Below are positions 25,434 through 35,131 of a DNA stretch of 58,436 nucleotides, in pieces; within the stretch, counting starts at the first letter, position 1, and every line of letters starts with the position of its first letter. The stretch is taken from the NCBI GenBank assembly GCA_015064965.1, contig SVRG01000004.1, positions 1 to 58,436 of the forward strand. The letters are read 5' to 3'. The notes under the pieces are model-generated. The model saw only the letters and a list, made by a program, of their open reading frames with translations, did not search any database and was not told where the DNA came from. Origin of the DNA: Oscillospiraceae bacterium (GTDB lineage Bacteria; Bacillota; Clostridia; Oscillospirales; CAG-272). The position numbers and the translations under genes were made by a program.

Positions 25434-28304
25434 ATGAAAAGATTAATTTCGATATTACTTGCGGCAGTTATGCTTGCAGTGACTGTTTTTGCAGACGATA
25501 CGCCTTGTCAGCATGAATTTTTGGCAATGAGAAATATGGTAAGCCACTATGAGGAATGCCAGAAGTGCTACACAGTTCAGAATGTGGGCAACCATGTAAT
25601 CAAAGACGGCAAATGCACAGTTTGCGGCTATGAGGGCGCAATGGCTGAAGATGTTCGCGGCGAGGGAGAGCACTCTCACAAGCTGATGAACGGCGCAGAC
25701 GCGGACTATCACTTTGAAGAATGTCAGGTCTGCTTTGAGCGCTTCAATGTAAAGGACCACACCTTTAAAGACGATAAATGCACAGTTTGCGGCTATGATA
25801 AATTTGCAAATCCCTTTATCGACGTAAGCGAGAGCGCATGGTTTTATAATGACGTGATCCGCGCATACTATGACGGACTTATCAACGGCAAAACCAAAAT
25901 GACCTTTGCGCCAGACCTCAATATTACATACGTTGAGGCAATCAAGCTTGCGGCTTGTATGTACCAGAAATATACCGAGGGCAAGGTAACTTTAACCGTT
26001 GGTAACCCCTGGTATAAGCCGTATCTCGATTATTGCATTGAAAACGGAATTCTCAAGGAAGACCACGGCTACGATTTGAACGCTCCTGCAACAAGACAGG
26101 GATATATGCGCATTTTTGCATATTCACTACCTGCAGAGGCACTTGAGGAGATAAACTACGTTGCCGAGGATGCAATTCCGGACGTGAAAAAAGACCCCGC
26201 TATCTACAAGCTTTACCGCGCAGGTATCGTTGGCGGCGTTGATGCAGCGCGCAACTGCAATCCCGAAGCAAACATCAAGAGAAGTGAAGTTGCGGCAGTT
26301 CTCACAAGAATGATGAACAAGAGCGCAAGAATTGAGTTCACTCTCGGCGAAAAGCCCGCACAAACCGCGCCGCTTGAATTTAAGGGCGCCACTTCATATC
26401 TGGAATTCGGAAAATATATATTCCTTGCGTCTGTTTCGGGTGGAGAAGCTCCTTATACATATACATGGTACTACAGCGACGGTGAAAAAGGCACAAAGCT
26501 TGCAAATGACAGCTTTGTAACCTTTACCGATGACGGCGCGGGCGGTGTAAGCGCAGTTTTCCTTTTCACCAAGGACAATCCGTATCTCGCAAAGCAGATA
26601 AAGCTTGCGGTTACAGATGCAAAGGGTGAAAAGATTGATTCCGGATATACCGATATTCCGGCATATTTTGATGTCGGGGAACCCGCAGATGAGCAGCCGG
26701 CAGAGACTTATTCAAAGCTTACAATTACCGAACAACCTGAGTATATTGCATCGGCAAAAGAGGGCGATTATGTAACATATTCGGTATTTGCCAAGGGCGG
26801 CAAGCAGCCATACAAATTTGAGTGGCTCTATTATACAGGCTACAAGGACCGGACCGATACTTTCAAAAATGACGGATATGCAATACTGAGCGGTGACGTT
26901 ATTACGCTTAAGTTTGATTTGGATAGCCCATATCTTGAAAAGAAGTTTTTCTGCAGGGTTACCGATGAAAACGGCGAAAGCGTAAATACAAACACCGTTA
27001 AAATGCCTGAAGCACCCTTTACAATGGAGCTTGAGGACATTGTAAAAAATTCGCTCGGAACTATAGTTGTCGGCACGGTTAAGACCGGCAAGATAACCGC
27101 CGGCGAACATCTTGTATTTTCTTTTGACGATAAATACACATACGGCAGCGGCAAGGTTGAAGCAATTGAAATGTTCCAAAAGCAGCTTGACGTGGCAACC
27201 GCAGGGGACAGAGTGGGACTTTTGTTTAAGGAAATCGGCACTATCAATACCCGTGCCGCAGTTCTTGATTACGACACGCAAAATCTTATCGGCGACAAAA
27301 AGAATATTGCTATCAAAGAGTCTTTAAGTGTAGGTGTAAGTTATACCCCAAGAGGAAATATCGGTGACTTTACAAAAATGACTGTATATGCTATGGGCGG
27401 CATGGAGCCCTATACATATGTTTGGCAGGCGCTTAAAGACGGCAAGCAAGCTTATAATATTGCCGCTATTGCAAAATCAGAAGAGTGGGCAAACGGAGTT
27501 GACAAAGATACGCTTAATATAAAGCTTACCGAAGCGCAGTTTGCATTCGGTATGTCATTCCGCTGTATGGTAACCGATGCGGCAGGCAATGTTGCGTATT
27601 CCAAGGCATATGTTCCCACAGTTCATAGCCTTGTTATTGCAAACCATCCCGAGAGCGTTTATGCAAACTACGGCGATAAAGTTGAGTTTAAGGTAAAAGC
27701 ATACGGTGCAAACGACAGCGCTCTTACCTATCAGTGGCGCTATATCTATGACGGCGCAAAGACCTTTAAGGATATTTTGCCCACTGACACATGGGCAAGC
27801 GGCTGTAATACCGATACACTTACAATTCAGGTGGAAAAGGCTGAGCTTACAAACCACGTATATTACCATTGCGTCGTTACCGATGCTGAGGGCAACAAGG
27901 CTATAACAGCGGCGGCGACAATTTCTCCCGAAAAGCCTTTTGTATCAAAGCAACCCGGTGTTGTGGCGGCAAAGCCTGACACCTACATCAAGTTCAGCGT
28001 GGAGGCGGACGGCAGATACAAGCCGCTTTCCTATAAGTGGTATTATTTTGTGGACGGTATGGGCTTCTTCTATCCCGTATCCAAGGACCATGAGTGGGCA
28101 GAGGGCGAGACCACAAACACTCTTACCGTAGGCGTTGACAGAAAGCATTTTGACGGCAGCTTTAAGTGCTATTGCCTTATAACAGATGCAAACGGCAACG
28201 AGGTCAAGAGTCTTGAGGGCAGTGTAACGCTCAGCGATGATGCAAACGTAAATCTCGAAACAGGTCACGCGCCTAAAGATGATATTCTTGTGCTTATCTG
28301 GTAG
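25434..28304 (+). CDS. SLH surface protein with tandem Ig-like domains and an EF-Tu domain II-like insert
   Basis: Signal peptide; two His/Cys ribbons; SLH repeats (PFIDV, FAPDLNITYVEA, NPEANIKRSEVA); about five GG..PY.Y.W..C.VTD Ig-like units; EF-Tu-like segment at 27015-27240. Confidence 0.85.
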   Translation: MKRLISILLAAVMLAVTVFADDTPCQHEFLAMRNMVSHYEECQKCYTVQNVGNHVIKDGKCTVCGYEGAMAEDVRGEGEHSHKLMNGADADYHFEECQVCFERFNVKDHTFKDDKCTVCGYDKFANPFIDVSESAWFYNDVIRAYYDGLINGKTKMTFAPDLNITYVEAIKLAACMYQKYTEGKVTLTVGNPWYKPYLDYCIENGILKEDHGYDLNAPATRQGYMRIFAYSLPAEALEEINYVAEDAIPDVKKDPAIYKLYRAGIVGGVDAARNCNPEANIKRSEVAAVLTRMMNKSARIEFTLGEKPAQTAPLEFKGATSYLEFGKYIFLASVSGGEAPYTYTWYYSDGEKGTKLANDSFVTFTDDGAGGVSAVFLFTKDNPYLAKQIKLAVTDAKGEKIDSGYTDIPAYFDVGEPADEQPAETYSKLTITEQPEYIASAKEGDYVTYSVFAKGGKQPYKFEWLYYTGYKDRTDTFKNDGYAILSGDVITLKFDLDSPYLEKKFFCRVTDENGESVNTNTVKMPEAPFTMELEDIVKNSLGTIVVGTVKTGKITAGEHLVFSFDDKYTYGSGKVEAIEMFQKQLDVATAGDRVGLLFKEIGTINTRAAVLDYDTQNLIGDKKNIAIKESLSVGVSYTPRGNIGDFTKMTVYAMGGMEPYTYVWQALKDGKQAYNIAAIAKSEEWANGVDKDTLNIKLTEAQFAFGMSFRCMVTDAAGNVAYSKAYVPTVHSLVIANHPESVYANYGDKVEFKVKAYGANDSALTYQWRYIYDGAKTFKDILPTDTWASGCNTDTLTIQVEKAELTNHVYYHCVVTDAEGNKAITAAATISPEKPFVSKQPGVVAAKPDTYIKFSVEADGRYKPLSYKWYYFVDGMGFFYPVSKDHEWAEGETTNTLTVGVDRKHFDGSFKCYCLITDANGNEVKSLEGSVTLSDDANVNLETGHAPKDDILVLIW

Positions 28305-28313
28305 GAGGTAAAT

Positions 28314-28772
28314 ATGAATTACATTGGCAAATGGGTGTTTCATTCCATCGGTGAGATGACCGAGGACGGCGAGCTTCGCTATATGAATGCTGAAGAATAC
28401 ATTGCATCTCCCATGCCTTATATTGATGAAAATGATGCAGAGGAGGTAGCAGATGAACTTGCCGAGCGCAAAAAGACGGTTGGCATGGAGCTCCGCGTGC
28501 TTTCTGACGGAACTCTCTACATGCTGATGCCGATTCCCGAGGGCGTAAGTAAGGAAGAGGTCGATGAGGCGGTTGCCGCAGGCGAGATAACTCTGTATGA
28601 CGGCATGATGTGCGACTCCCCGAAAAAATGGGAGGAGCGCGACGGCACACTCTGGTTTGACTCCGGCATTCACGGTGAAGTGTTTGGCGAAGCTGCCGAT
28701 CCATGGGTAAAGGCAACTGACGATGACGGATTTTTCAACTTTATGAGCTTTCGCTTTGTGAAAGGAGAGTAA
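28314..28772 (+). CDS. Hypothetical acidic protein
   Basis: AGGAGG RBS, operon-coupled spacing, YIGKW N-terminus. No function recognised. Confidence 0.75.
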   Translation: MNYIGKWVFHSIGEMTEDGELRYMNAEEYIASPMPYIDENDAEEVADELAERKKTVGMELRVLSDGTLYMLMPIPEGVSKEEVDEAVAAGEITLYDGMMCDSPKKWEERDGTLWFDSGIHGEVFGEAADPWVKATDDDGFFNFMSFRFVKGE

Positions 28773-28775
28773 AAT

Positions 28776-29375
28776 ATGAGCATTTTCGATTCCATAAAAA
28801 GAGCAATAGGCGCATCTCTTAAAAAAGAAGCGGCTAAAGTCGTAAATGAAGCGGTTTCCAATATCGGCAAGGGCAGAAATCACACCGAGAGCTTTACTTT
28901 TTCTGCTCTGCCCACAAGCGTAGCGGAGATTCAGGCACTTGAGGAGGGCTCGCTTGACAGCGCATTCAAGACCGCAGCACTGACAATTGCGGTGCTTTGC
29001 CACTATGAAAAGGATATAGACGCAACCCTTGCAATGCTTGATTTTCTCAAGGGCCCCGAAAGCGTAAGCCCCTATGAAAAGCAGTTCATCGGCGAGCGTC
29101 TGCGCGACAAGGGCTACAAGATGTATGCCTTTTTCAAGGGGGCAACACCGGAGAATAACTATACCCCCACTACACCGTACACCGTTGAGATAATAGAAAA
29201 TCCATACTCGTTTGACAACGAAAACTGGGCGACTTTGTGGGTAAAGAGCGGCGGCTCCGACAATCCGAGTTCTTTAAAATTCCGCAAGAAACCGTCAACA
29301 GGACAGTGGTTTTTAAACGATATTCAGTGCCTTTCCGACATCCGTTTGCCTGTGGCAAAGGATGATTGGGCATGA
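28776..29375 (+). CDS. Conserved hypothetical protein (DUF6935-like)
   Basis: FTFSALPTS..FKTAALTI..FFKGATPENNY.P..SGGSDNP..GQWFL..SDIR.P resembles DUF6935 as recalled. Confidence 0.7.
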   Translation: MSIFDSIKRAIGASLKKEAAKVVNEAVSNIGKGRNHTESFTFSALPTSVAEIQALEEGSLDSAFKTAALTIAVLCHYEKDIDATLAMLDFLKGPESVSPYEKQFIGERLRDKGYKMYAFFKGATPENNYTPTTPYTVEIIENPYSFDNENWATLWVKSGGSDNPSSLKFRKKPSTGQWFLNDIQCLSDIRLPVAKDDWA

Positions 29376-29392
29376 GGCGTGAGGCGATATTG

Positions 29393-29920
29393 ATGAGCAT
29401 ATTTTCAATATTGCTTTCGCTGTTTGAATGCGGTAAAAAGGCGCATATAAACACCTTTTTCCCCTCTCCGGTGCCGCTGCCTGCGGGGGAAACTCTCACC
29501 GGCCTTCACATGACAAGACAGGGCATGAGAAGCGGACTTTGCTATGTCATGTCTGTCGAGGGTGAGGACATATTTTTAAAGATGACAAACTGTCATCCGC
29601 TAGAAAAGGAGTACCGCTTTAATGCAAAGGAAATACTTAGCAAAAACGAAAAATGCGCTATCAAATCCACAAATGACATACAGGTACTGCGCGATATAGA
29701 AGAGGCGCTTGTTGATTGCGGCACGGTGGGGTGGGACGGATTTAACGAGACAATCATCATGAAAAACGTAACCGATACAGGCGAAAGATACGAAATTTAT
29801 CTGCGTTTTTCGGGTGGAAGTACCGTCAGCGTATATGGCATTGACATATGCCCCGACCGCTTTAACGAGGTGTTTAATCGCATTGCCGCTATTTTTCGCA
29901 GAACTGTCAAGTGGGAGTAG
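29393..29920 (+). CDS. Hypothetical protein (start 29372 or 29393)
   Basis: Operon-coupled ORF; C-terminal half resembles 30352-30852. Confidence 0.65.
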   Translation: MSIFSILLSLFECGKKAHINTFFPSPVPLPAGETLTGLHMTRQGMRSGLCYVMSVEGEDIFLKMTNCHPLEKEYRFNAKEILSKNEKCAIKSTNDIQVLRDIEEALVDCGTVGWDGFNETIIMKNVTDTGERYEIYLRFSGGSTVSVYGIDICPDRFNEVFNRIAAIFRRTVKWE

Positions 29921-29926
29921 TTTATA

Positions 29927-30355
29927 ATGAGTATTTTTAAAACGGATAGCTTCTGTATTACAGTTCCGCAGGGGTGGAAAGCTTTCAAGGTGAATGAAAG
30001 AGTAATACATATATGCAAGGGCGGAGAAAAGGATAGCGATATTCTCTCAAAACCGTATATGCAACTCAATTTTTCCGGCGAAGCATACATGATCCCGCCT
30101 TCGCGGTCAGGATACTATGACATCACCGATATTCCGCCGATCACGCTTGGCAACTACACCTGGCAGGGGTTTGAGTGCGAGAGCATGGGCTTTCGCGTGG
30201 CAATGATCTTTACAGGAGAGGGCAAGCGGCAGTTTCAGGTATCTGCCAATCTTGAAACTCCGATTGGCAAGATAGAAATGACGGATGCGGATGTGCAATC
30301 AATTCTTGCTTCTGTCACGCTGCTTGGTTCCGGCGAAGAAAGAGAGTCTATATGA
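29927..30355 (+). CDS. Hypothetical protein
   Basis: GGGAG RBS; F.ITVPQGW start and ILASVTL end are reminiscent of PsbP/DcrB-like folds (weak). Confidence 0.7.
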   Translation: MSIFKTDSFCITVPQGWKAFKVNERVIHICKGGEKDSDILSKPYMQLNFSGEAYMIPPSRSGYYDITDIPPITLGNYTWQGFECESMGFRVAMIFTGEGKRQFQVSANLETPIGKIEMTDADVQSILASVTLLGSGEERESI

Positions 30356-30852
30356 TAAGGTTGTTAAAGTCGCTTTTCAGAAAAAGACGCGCCGACACCG
30401 AGGACGGCGGTGTAAGAAAACGGATTTGGTATGATGCACCGAAAAAGATTGTTTCCGAGCAGATAATAAGCTTCAAATGTGAGTTTTCCACGGTGACAAT
30501 TGTTGATGACATCCCGATAGAACACGGCGTATACACGCTTTTTGCAAGACTTAAAGACGGAGCAGTCCGCGGAGCATATGAGCTGCGGACTCGCGACGGA
30601 AGCGGTGAACAATTTGACTTTCGCCAAAGCCATCGCTTTTTGAGAAGCGTGCAAAACGTTGTCAGCACATATGACATTGCAAAGCATAACGGCATGGAAT
30701 ACCGTGTCAGCGGACTTCCCGATATGTACGGCGCAAATATCAGCATTGTATATGCTTCGGGCGAACGTATTTATGCAAGCGACAATCAAAACAATTTTTT
30801 ATCAGTTGAGGCAATGGCGGAGCTTGTAAAACTGTTTTTGCAACAGAAATGA
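30352..30852 (+). CDS. Hypothetical protein
   Basis: ATGA overlap with the upstream stop; followed by a terminator. Confidence 0.7.
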   Translation: MIRLLKSLFRKRRADTEDGGVRKRIWYDAPKKIVSEQIISFKCEFSTVTIVDDIPIEHGVYTLFARLKDGAVRGAYELRTRDGSGEQFDFRQSHRFLRSVQNVVSTYDIAKHNGMEYRVSGLPDMYGANISIVYASGERIYASDNQNNFLSVEAMAELVKLFLQQK

Positions 30853-30856
30853 GCAT

Positions 30857-30887
30857 AAAAAGAGCAGGTCATATGGCCTGCTTTTTC
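30857..30887 (+). terminator. Intrinsic terminator ending the SLH operon
   Basis: AAAAGAGCAGGTCA-TA-TGGCCTGCTTTTTC. Confidence 0.8.
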
Positions 30888-30927
30888 TTAGAGCGGCATG
30901 GCAAAATTCAGCCGAAGATGGTTTTTG

Positions 30928-30957
30928 TTGACTTTCACCGCCTATCCGTGATATAAT
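30928..30957 (+). promoter_or_regulatory. Sigma-A promoter
   Basis: TTGACT-18-TATAAT with a TG extension, 38 nt before the GT2 ATG. Confidence 0.7.
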
Positions 30958-30995
30958 TATATGTAATATTCGGTGCAAAAATAAGGAGAGGTAAT

Positions 30996-31946
30996 ATGGA
31001 TAAGATAGCAGTTCTCATTCCTTGCTACAATGAAGCGAAAACTATCGAAAAAGTTGTAAAAGACTTTAAAGAGGTTCTTCCTGAAGCGGTAATCTATGTG
31101 TACGATAACAATTCGACTGACGGAACCGCTGAAATTGCACAAAAAGCCGGGGCTGTTGTGCGCCACGAATACCGCCAGGGAAAGGGAAACGTTGTGCGCA
31201 GAATGTTTCGTGAGATCAATGCACATTGTTATATCATGGCGGACGGCGACGACACATATCCTGCAGAGTATGCGCCCGAAATGGCATCACTTGTGCTTGA
31301 TAAAAAGGTGGATATGGTTGTCGGTGACAGACTTACATCCACATATTTTACAGAAAACAAGCGCCCCTTTCACAATTTTGGAAACTCATTTGTAAAGAAA
31401 ACTATAAACCTTCTTTTCAAGAGCGATATCAGGGATATTATGACAGGCTACAGAGCGTTCAGCTATCATTTTGTCAAGACATTCCCCGTGATTTCAAAGG
31501 GATTTGAAATTGAAACCGAAATGAGTATTTTTGCAATAGACAAAAATATGTATGTTGAAAACGTGGTTATTCAATACCGCGACAGAGTGGACGGCAGCGA
31601 ATCCAAATTGAATACATATGTTGACGGATTCAAGGTGATAAAGACAATTTTCAGACTCTTCCGCGACTACAAGCCGCTTGCATTTTTCGGTACGATTTTT
31701 GCAATACTTTCGCTGCTTGCCGTCGGTTTCTTTGTACCGATTCTGGTTCAGTATCTGCGCTCCGGCCTTGTGCCAAACTTCCCAACGCTGATCGTTTGCG
31801 GATTTGTAGAAGTGGCAGCGCTTTTGTCCCTTTGCGCGGGTATGATCCTCGAAAGCATCAAACTGAAGAACAGACAGGACTTTGAACTGCAGCTGATACA
31901 GGCGGAAAACACCGTCAGAGCGTTGGAAAATGAAGAAAATCATTGA
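30996..31946 (+). CDS. GT2 polyprenyl-phosphate glycosyltransferase (GtrB/DPM-like)
   Basis: IPCYNEA, YDNNSTDGT, DGD.TY, DIMTGYRAFS, GFEIETE; two C-terminal TM segments. Confidence 0.92.
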   Translation: MDKIAVLIPCYNEAKTIEKVVKDFKEVLPEAVIYVYDNNSTDGTAEIAQKAGAVVRHEYRQGKGNVVRRMFREINAHCYIMADGDDTYPAEYAPEMASLVLDKKVDMVVGDRLTSTYFTENKRPFHNFGNSFVKKTINLLFKSDIRDIMTGYRAFSYHFVKTFPVISKGFEIETEMSIFAIDKNMYVENVVIQYRDRVDGSESKLNTYVDGFKVIKTIFRLFRDYKPLAFFGTIFAILSLLAVGFFVPILVQYLRSGLVPNFPTLIVCGFVEVAALLSLCAGMILESIKLKNRQDFELQLIQAENTVRALENEENH

Positions 31947-32334
31947 TCTTTTCCGCCAGTTGTTTTCTTTTGGAATCGTTGGCGTAATCTGCTTTTTCAT
32001 AGATTTCGGGCTGATGGTTCTTCTCACCGACTGTTTTCATGTATGGTATATTATCTCCGGTGCGATCTCGTTTACTGTTTCTACGATAGTGAACTATCTT
32101 TTGAGCATGGCTTTTGTTTTTGTGCAGAGAAAAGCCATAAAAAAGCAGACGGAGTTTATTGTGTTTTGCATTATGAGCGTGATAGGGCTTGTGTTTAACG
32201 AGCTTCTTATGCTGCTTTTTGTCGAGACGTTTGCGCTTCACTATACCTTGTCAAAGATCATTACTACGGTAATCGTAATGATATATAATTTTGTCAGCAG
32301 AAAACTTATTTTTGAGAAAAAAGGAGCAAACTAA
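31930..32334 (+). CDS. GtrA family flippase
   Basis: 134 aa, 4 TM, FGIVG..IDFG..NYLLS..FVF..NFVSRKLIF. Confidence 0.9.
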   Translation: MKKIIDLFRQLFSFGIVGVICFFIDFGLMVLLTDCFHVWYIISGAISFTVSTIVNYLLSMAFVFVQRKAIKKQTEFIVFCIMSVIGLVFNELLMLLFVETFALHYTLSKIITTVIVMIYNFVSRKLIFEKKGAN

Positions 32335-32336
32335 AA

Positions 32337-34166
32337 ATGAAGTCGTTTTTTAAAAAATACTTTGGCGTCATTCTTTCGTCGCTGTTTGCAACCTATGCGG
32401 TTTATGAAAAATTCATGCTGCCGGAATTGCAGATCCCGATGATAGCTTCAATCATTTTTGTTGTTATTTTTGCAATTTTTTATAAGACCGATGCCGTAAT
32501 TACAAAGGTGCCTTTTTATGCAAAGCTTTCGTACTCTTTGTTTGCGTTTTTCTTCGTGGTTGGCGATAGCTTTAAGTATTACGGTTCATTCTTCGGCATT
32601 TTCGGCAACCCATTCAGAAACACTACTCTGGCGGTCGATTTGTTTGAGGATTTTGCATCGCTTTTCGGCTTTTTGAACGGAACTGCCGGCAATTTGCTGA
32701 TGATTCTGAGCGCGGTTTGCAAAACGGTGGGCTATTATTTCATTATTCGCTACACCTTTGAACTTATTAAGCATTACGGCACAAAAGCACTTGAAAAGGG
32801 CGCAAACGGCGCGTTGCCCACACGTATATTCTCCAAAAATAAAATATTTAAAGCGTTTTTGTTTTTGGTTATATGCTGGTTGCCCTATTTTATTATCAAA
32901 ATGCCCGTTGTTATTTCCAATGACGGCATGACGCAGATAAATCAGTTTTTAAAGAACGAAATCACCACGCATCATCCCTATTTTGTAACGCTTATTTACG
33001 GTAGCTTTGCAAAACTCGGCGTACTTTGCGGAAATATGTATATCGGCCTTACCGTGTACATAATTTTACAGTATGCTTTTATGGCAGGCTCGTTTGCATA
33101 CTGCATCTCAAAAGCTGATGATATGCATAACAATCATCTGTTCAGCTTTATCGTGCTGTTGCTGTTTGCGTTTTCACCTGCGGTTGCGAGCTATTCGACA
33201 ACTATTGTAAAGGATGCGCTGTATTCTACACTGGTTGTTTTGTATATTTTCCAGATTATCACAGTATTGTACAACACAAAAAACAACCTGAAAATCAACA
33301 AAAACATCGTTGCATTGAGCATTCTTGCAATTTTTGTTATTCTTACCCGCAACAACGGTATTTATGTAGTTGGCGCGTCGCTTGCATTCCTTTTGGTATG
33401 GCTTTTGTTCAGAAAGGGCGAAACTTTCAAGAGCAAAACGGCTTTTGCAGCATTGCTTGTACTCCCGATTGCTGTCTATATGGGCTTTAACTTTCTTCAG
33501 TATGACGTTATCGGACTTACCAAGGGCAGCGTGGCAGAGGTTTTGTCAATTCCGTTCCAGCAGACCGCAAGATATGTCAAAGAGCACCCCGAGGATGTTA
33601 CCGAAGAGGAAGCGGAGATCATCAATAAAGTGCTTGATTATGAAAGACTTGCTGAGTTGTATAATCCCATAGTTTCCGACCCGGTAAAAGCTACGTATAA
33701 AAAAGACGAATCAGCGCTCGGCGACTATTTCAAAGTTTGGTTTGAACAGTTAAAGAAGCATCCTCAGACATATTTTGAGGCAACGATACACTCCAATTAT
33801 TTTGCATTCTATCCGGATGAACCCAATATCAGAGCATATGCCATTCTTGGCGAAAACAGCGGCATCGCTATTTTAGACCTTCTGAAGTATGCGTTGCTTG
33901 TGTTCTCCATGGCTATTTCGCTTATTCCTATAGTTACTTGTGTAATAAATCCGGTCTTTTACGTTTGGATTTTCATTTATTTGCTTTTCAGGAGCTTCGC
34001 AAAGAAGGATTGGACATCGCTTGCCATCATGCTTGCGCTGACTGTGCAATTGCTCACTGTTATTGCAGGCCCCGGAGTGTTTAATCACCCGAGATATCTG
34101 TATCCGATAAGCTGGTCGATCCCCTTTGTTGTCGGATATTTTGCATTGCCCCAAAAGCGCACTTAA
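32337..34166 (+). CDS. Polytopic GT-C-type glycosyltransferase (DUF6020-like)
   Basis: Many TM segments; HHPY, KDALYS, RNNG, LSIPFQQTARY, YNP..SDPVK, PRYLYP. Confidence 0.75.
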   Translation: MKSFFKKYFGVILSSLFATYAVYEKFMLPELQIPMIASIIFVVIFAIFYKTDAVITKVPFYAKLSYSLFAFFFVVGDSFKYYGSFFGIFGNPFRNTTLAVDLFEDFASLFGFLNGTAGNLLMILSAVCKTVGYYFIIRYTFELIKHYGTKALEKGANGALPTRIFSKNKIFKAFLFLVICWLPYFIIKMPVVISNDGMTQINQFLKNEITTHHPYFVTLIYGSFAKLGVLCGNMYIGLTVYIILQYAFMAGSFAYCISKADDMHNNHLFSFIVLLLFAFSPAVASYSTTIVKDALYSTLVVLYIFQIITVLYNTKNNLKINKNIVALSILAIFVILTRNNGIYVVGASLAFLLVWLLFRKGETFKSKTAFAALLVLPIAVYMGFNFLQYDVIGLTKGSVAEVLSIPFQQTARYVKEHPEDVTEEEAEIINKVLDYERLAELYNPIVSDPVKATYKKDESALGDYFKVWFEQLKKHPQTYFEATIHSNYFAFYPDEPNIRAYAILGENSGIAILDLLKYALLVFSMAISLIPIVTCVINPVFYVWIFIYLLFRSFAKKDWTSLAIMLALTVQLLTVIAGPGVFNHPRYLYPISWSIPFVVGYFALPQKRT

Positions 34167-34174
34167 TATCGCAA

Positions 34175-34208
34175 AAACAACCTTGCCGAAAAATCGGCAA
34201 GGTTGTTT
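34175..34208 (+). terminator. Intrinsic terminator
   Basis: AAACAACCTTGCCGA-AAAA-TCGGCAAGGTTGTTT. Confidence 0.8.
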
Positions 34209-34349
34209 GCTTTTTAAGGCAGCAAAGAATTGTATGAAAAAGTAACAAATTTTGTAAATGGCATTGCAATATGTATGTTAAAGTGTTACAATAGATTAGA
34301 TATTTATATTATAATAGATATAATATGCTGTTTTAAGGAGCGAACGGAT

Positions 34350-35111
34350 ATGGAAAAGCAAGAAAGAAATCAGGGCGAATACTATTCGATTGACATGCTG
34401 CATATTTTGAAATCCTTGTGGCGGCGCGCGTGGCTTATTGCTTTAGTCGGACTTTTGGCGGCGGCTATCGGCTTTTCGATTGCGGCTTTTGCAATTGCCC
34501 CCACCTATTCATCGTCGATTATGCTGTATGTTAACAACAGTTCGTTTTCACTTGGCAACACAAGCTTCAGTATCAGTTCTTCGGAGATTACTGCGGCACA
34601 GAGCCTTGTTAAGACCTATGGCGAGATTTTGAATAACAGAACCACTCTTGAAAGAGTAATTGAGAGGGCGGGTATTTCGTATACATACAAACAGTTGTCA
34701 AAGATGATCAGTGCGGCTCCCTCAAATGAAACCGAGATCATGAGAGTTACGGTTAAAGCGGGAGACCCATACGAAGCGGCAAAAATCGCAAACTGCATTG
34801 CAGAGGTTCTTCCGATAAGAATTTCCGAAATTATCGACGGCGCTTCGATGGAGGTTGTCGATTCGGCAATACCGATTCTTGAAAAGGTTGCACCGAGTAT
34901 AACCAACTATACTGCAGTCGGTATGATTTTAGGTATATTGCTTGCGGCTATCATCCTTGTTATTGCGGCTGTTATGGACGATACGATCCATGACGAGGAC
35001 TATGTGCTCCAGAATTATGATTACCCGATTCTGGCAAAGGTACCAAACCTTCTGACAACAAGTACAAAGCAGTACGCATATTATCAAAGCGGCCGTTCGG
35101 CTAAGAATTAA
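34350..35111 (+). CDS. cpsC: Polysaccharide co-polymerase / BY-kinase activator (CpsC/Wzd)
   Basis: Two TM segments, PTYSSS.MLYV, VVDSA..VAPS. Start moved to the ATG after AAGGAG. Confidence 0.88.
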   Translation: MEKQERNQGEYYSIDMLHILKSLWRRAWLIALVGLLAAAIGFSIAAFAIAPTYSSSIMLYVNNSSFSLGNTSFSISSSEITAAQSLVKTYGEILNNRTTLERVIERAGISYTYKQLSKMISAAPSNETEIMRVTVKAGDPYEAAKIANCIAEVLPIRISEIIDGASMEVVDSAIPILEKVAPSITNYTAVGMILGILLAAIILVIAAVMDDTIHDEDYVLQNYDYPILAKVPNLLTTSTKQYAYYQSGRSAKN

Positions 35112-35131
35112 CGAAAGGCGGGTGAAAAAAT

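Noticed and set aside
27945-29003. 352-aa minus-strand ORF (likewise 22428-23339 and 50303-51358)
   Set aside because: Overlaps well-supported + strand operon genes; explained by codon bias.
30895-30935. c-di-GMP-I riboswitch (GGCAAA..GAA..GAC)
   Set aside because: No GACGCAAA or P2 stem is present, and the segment overlaps the -35 box of the GT2 promoter.
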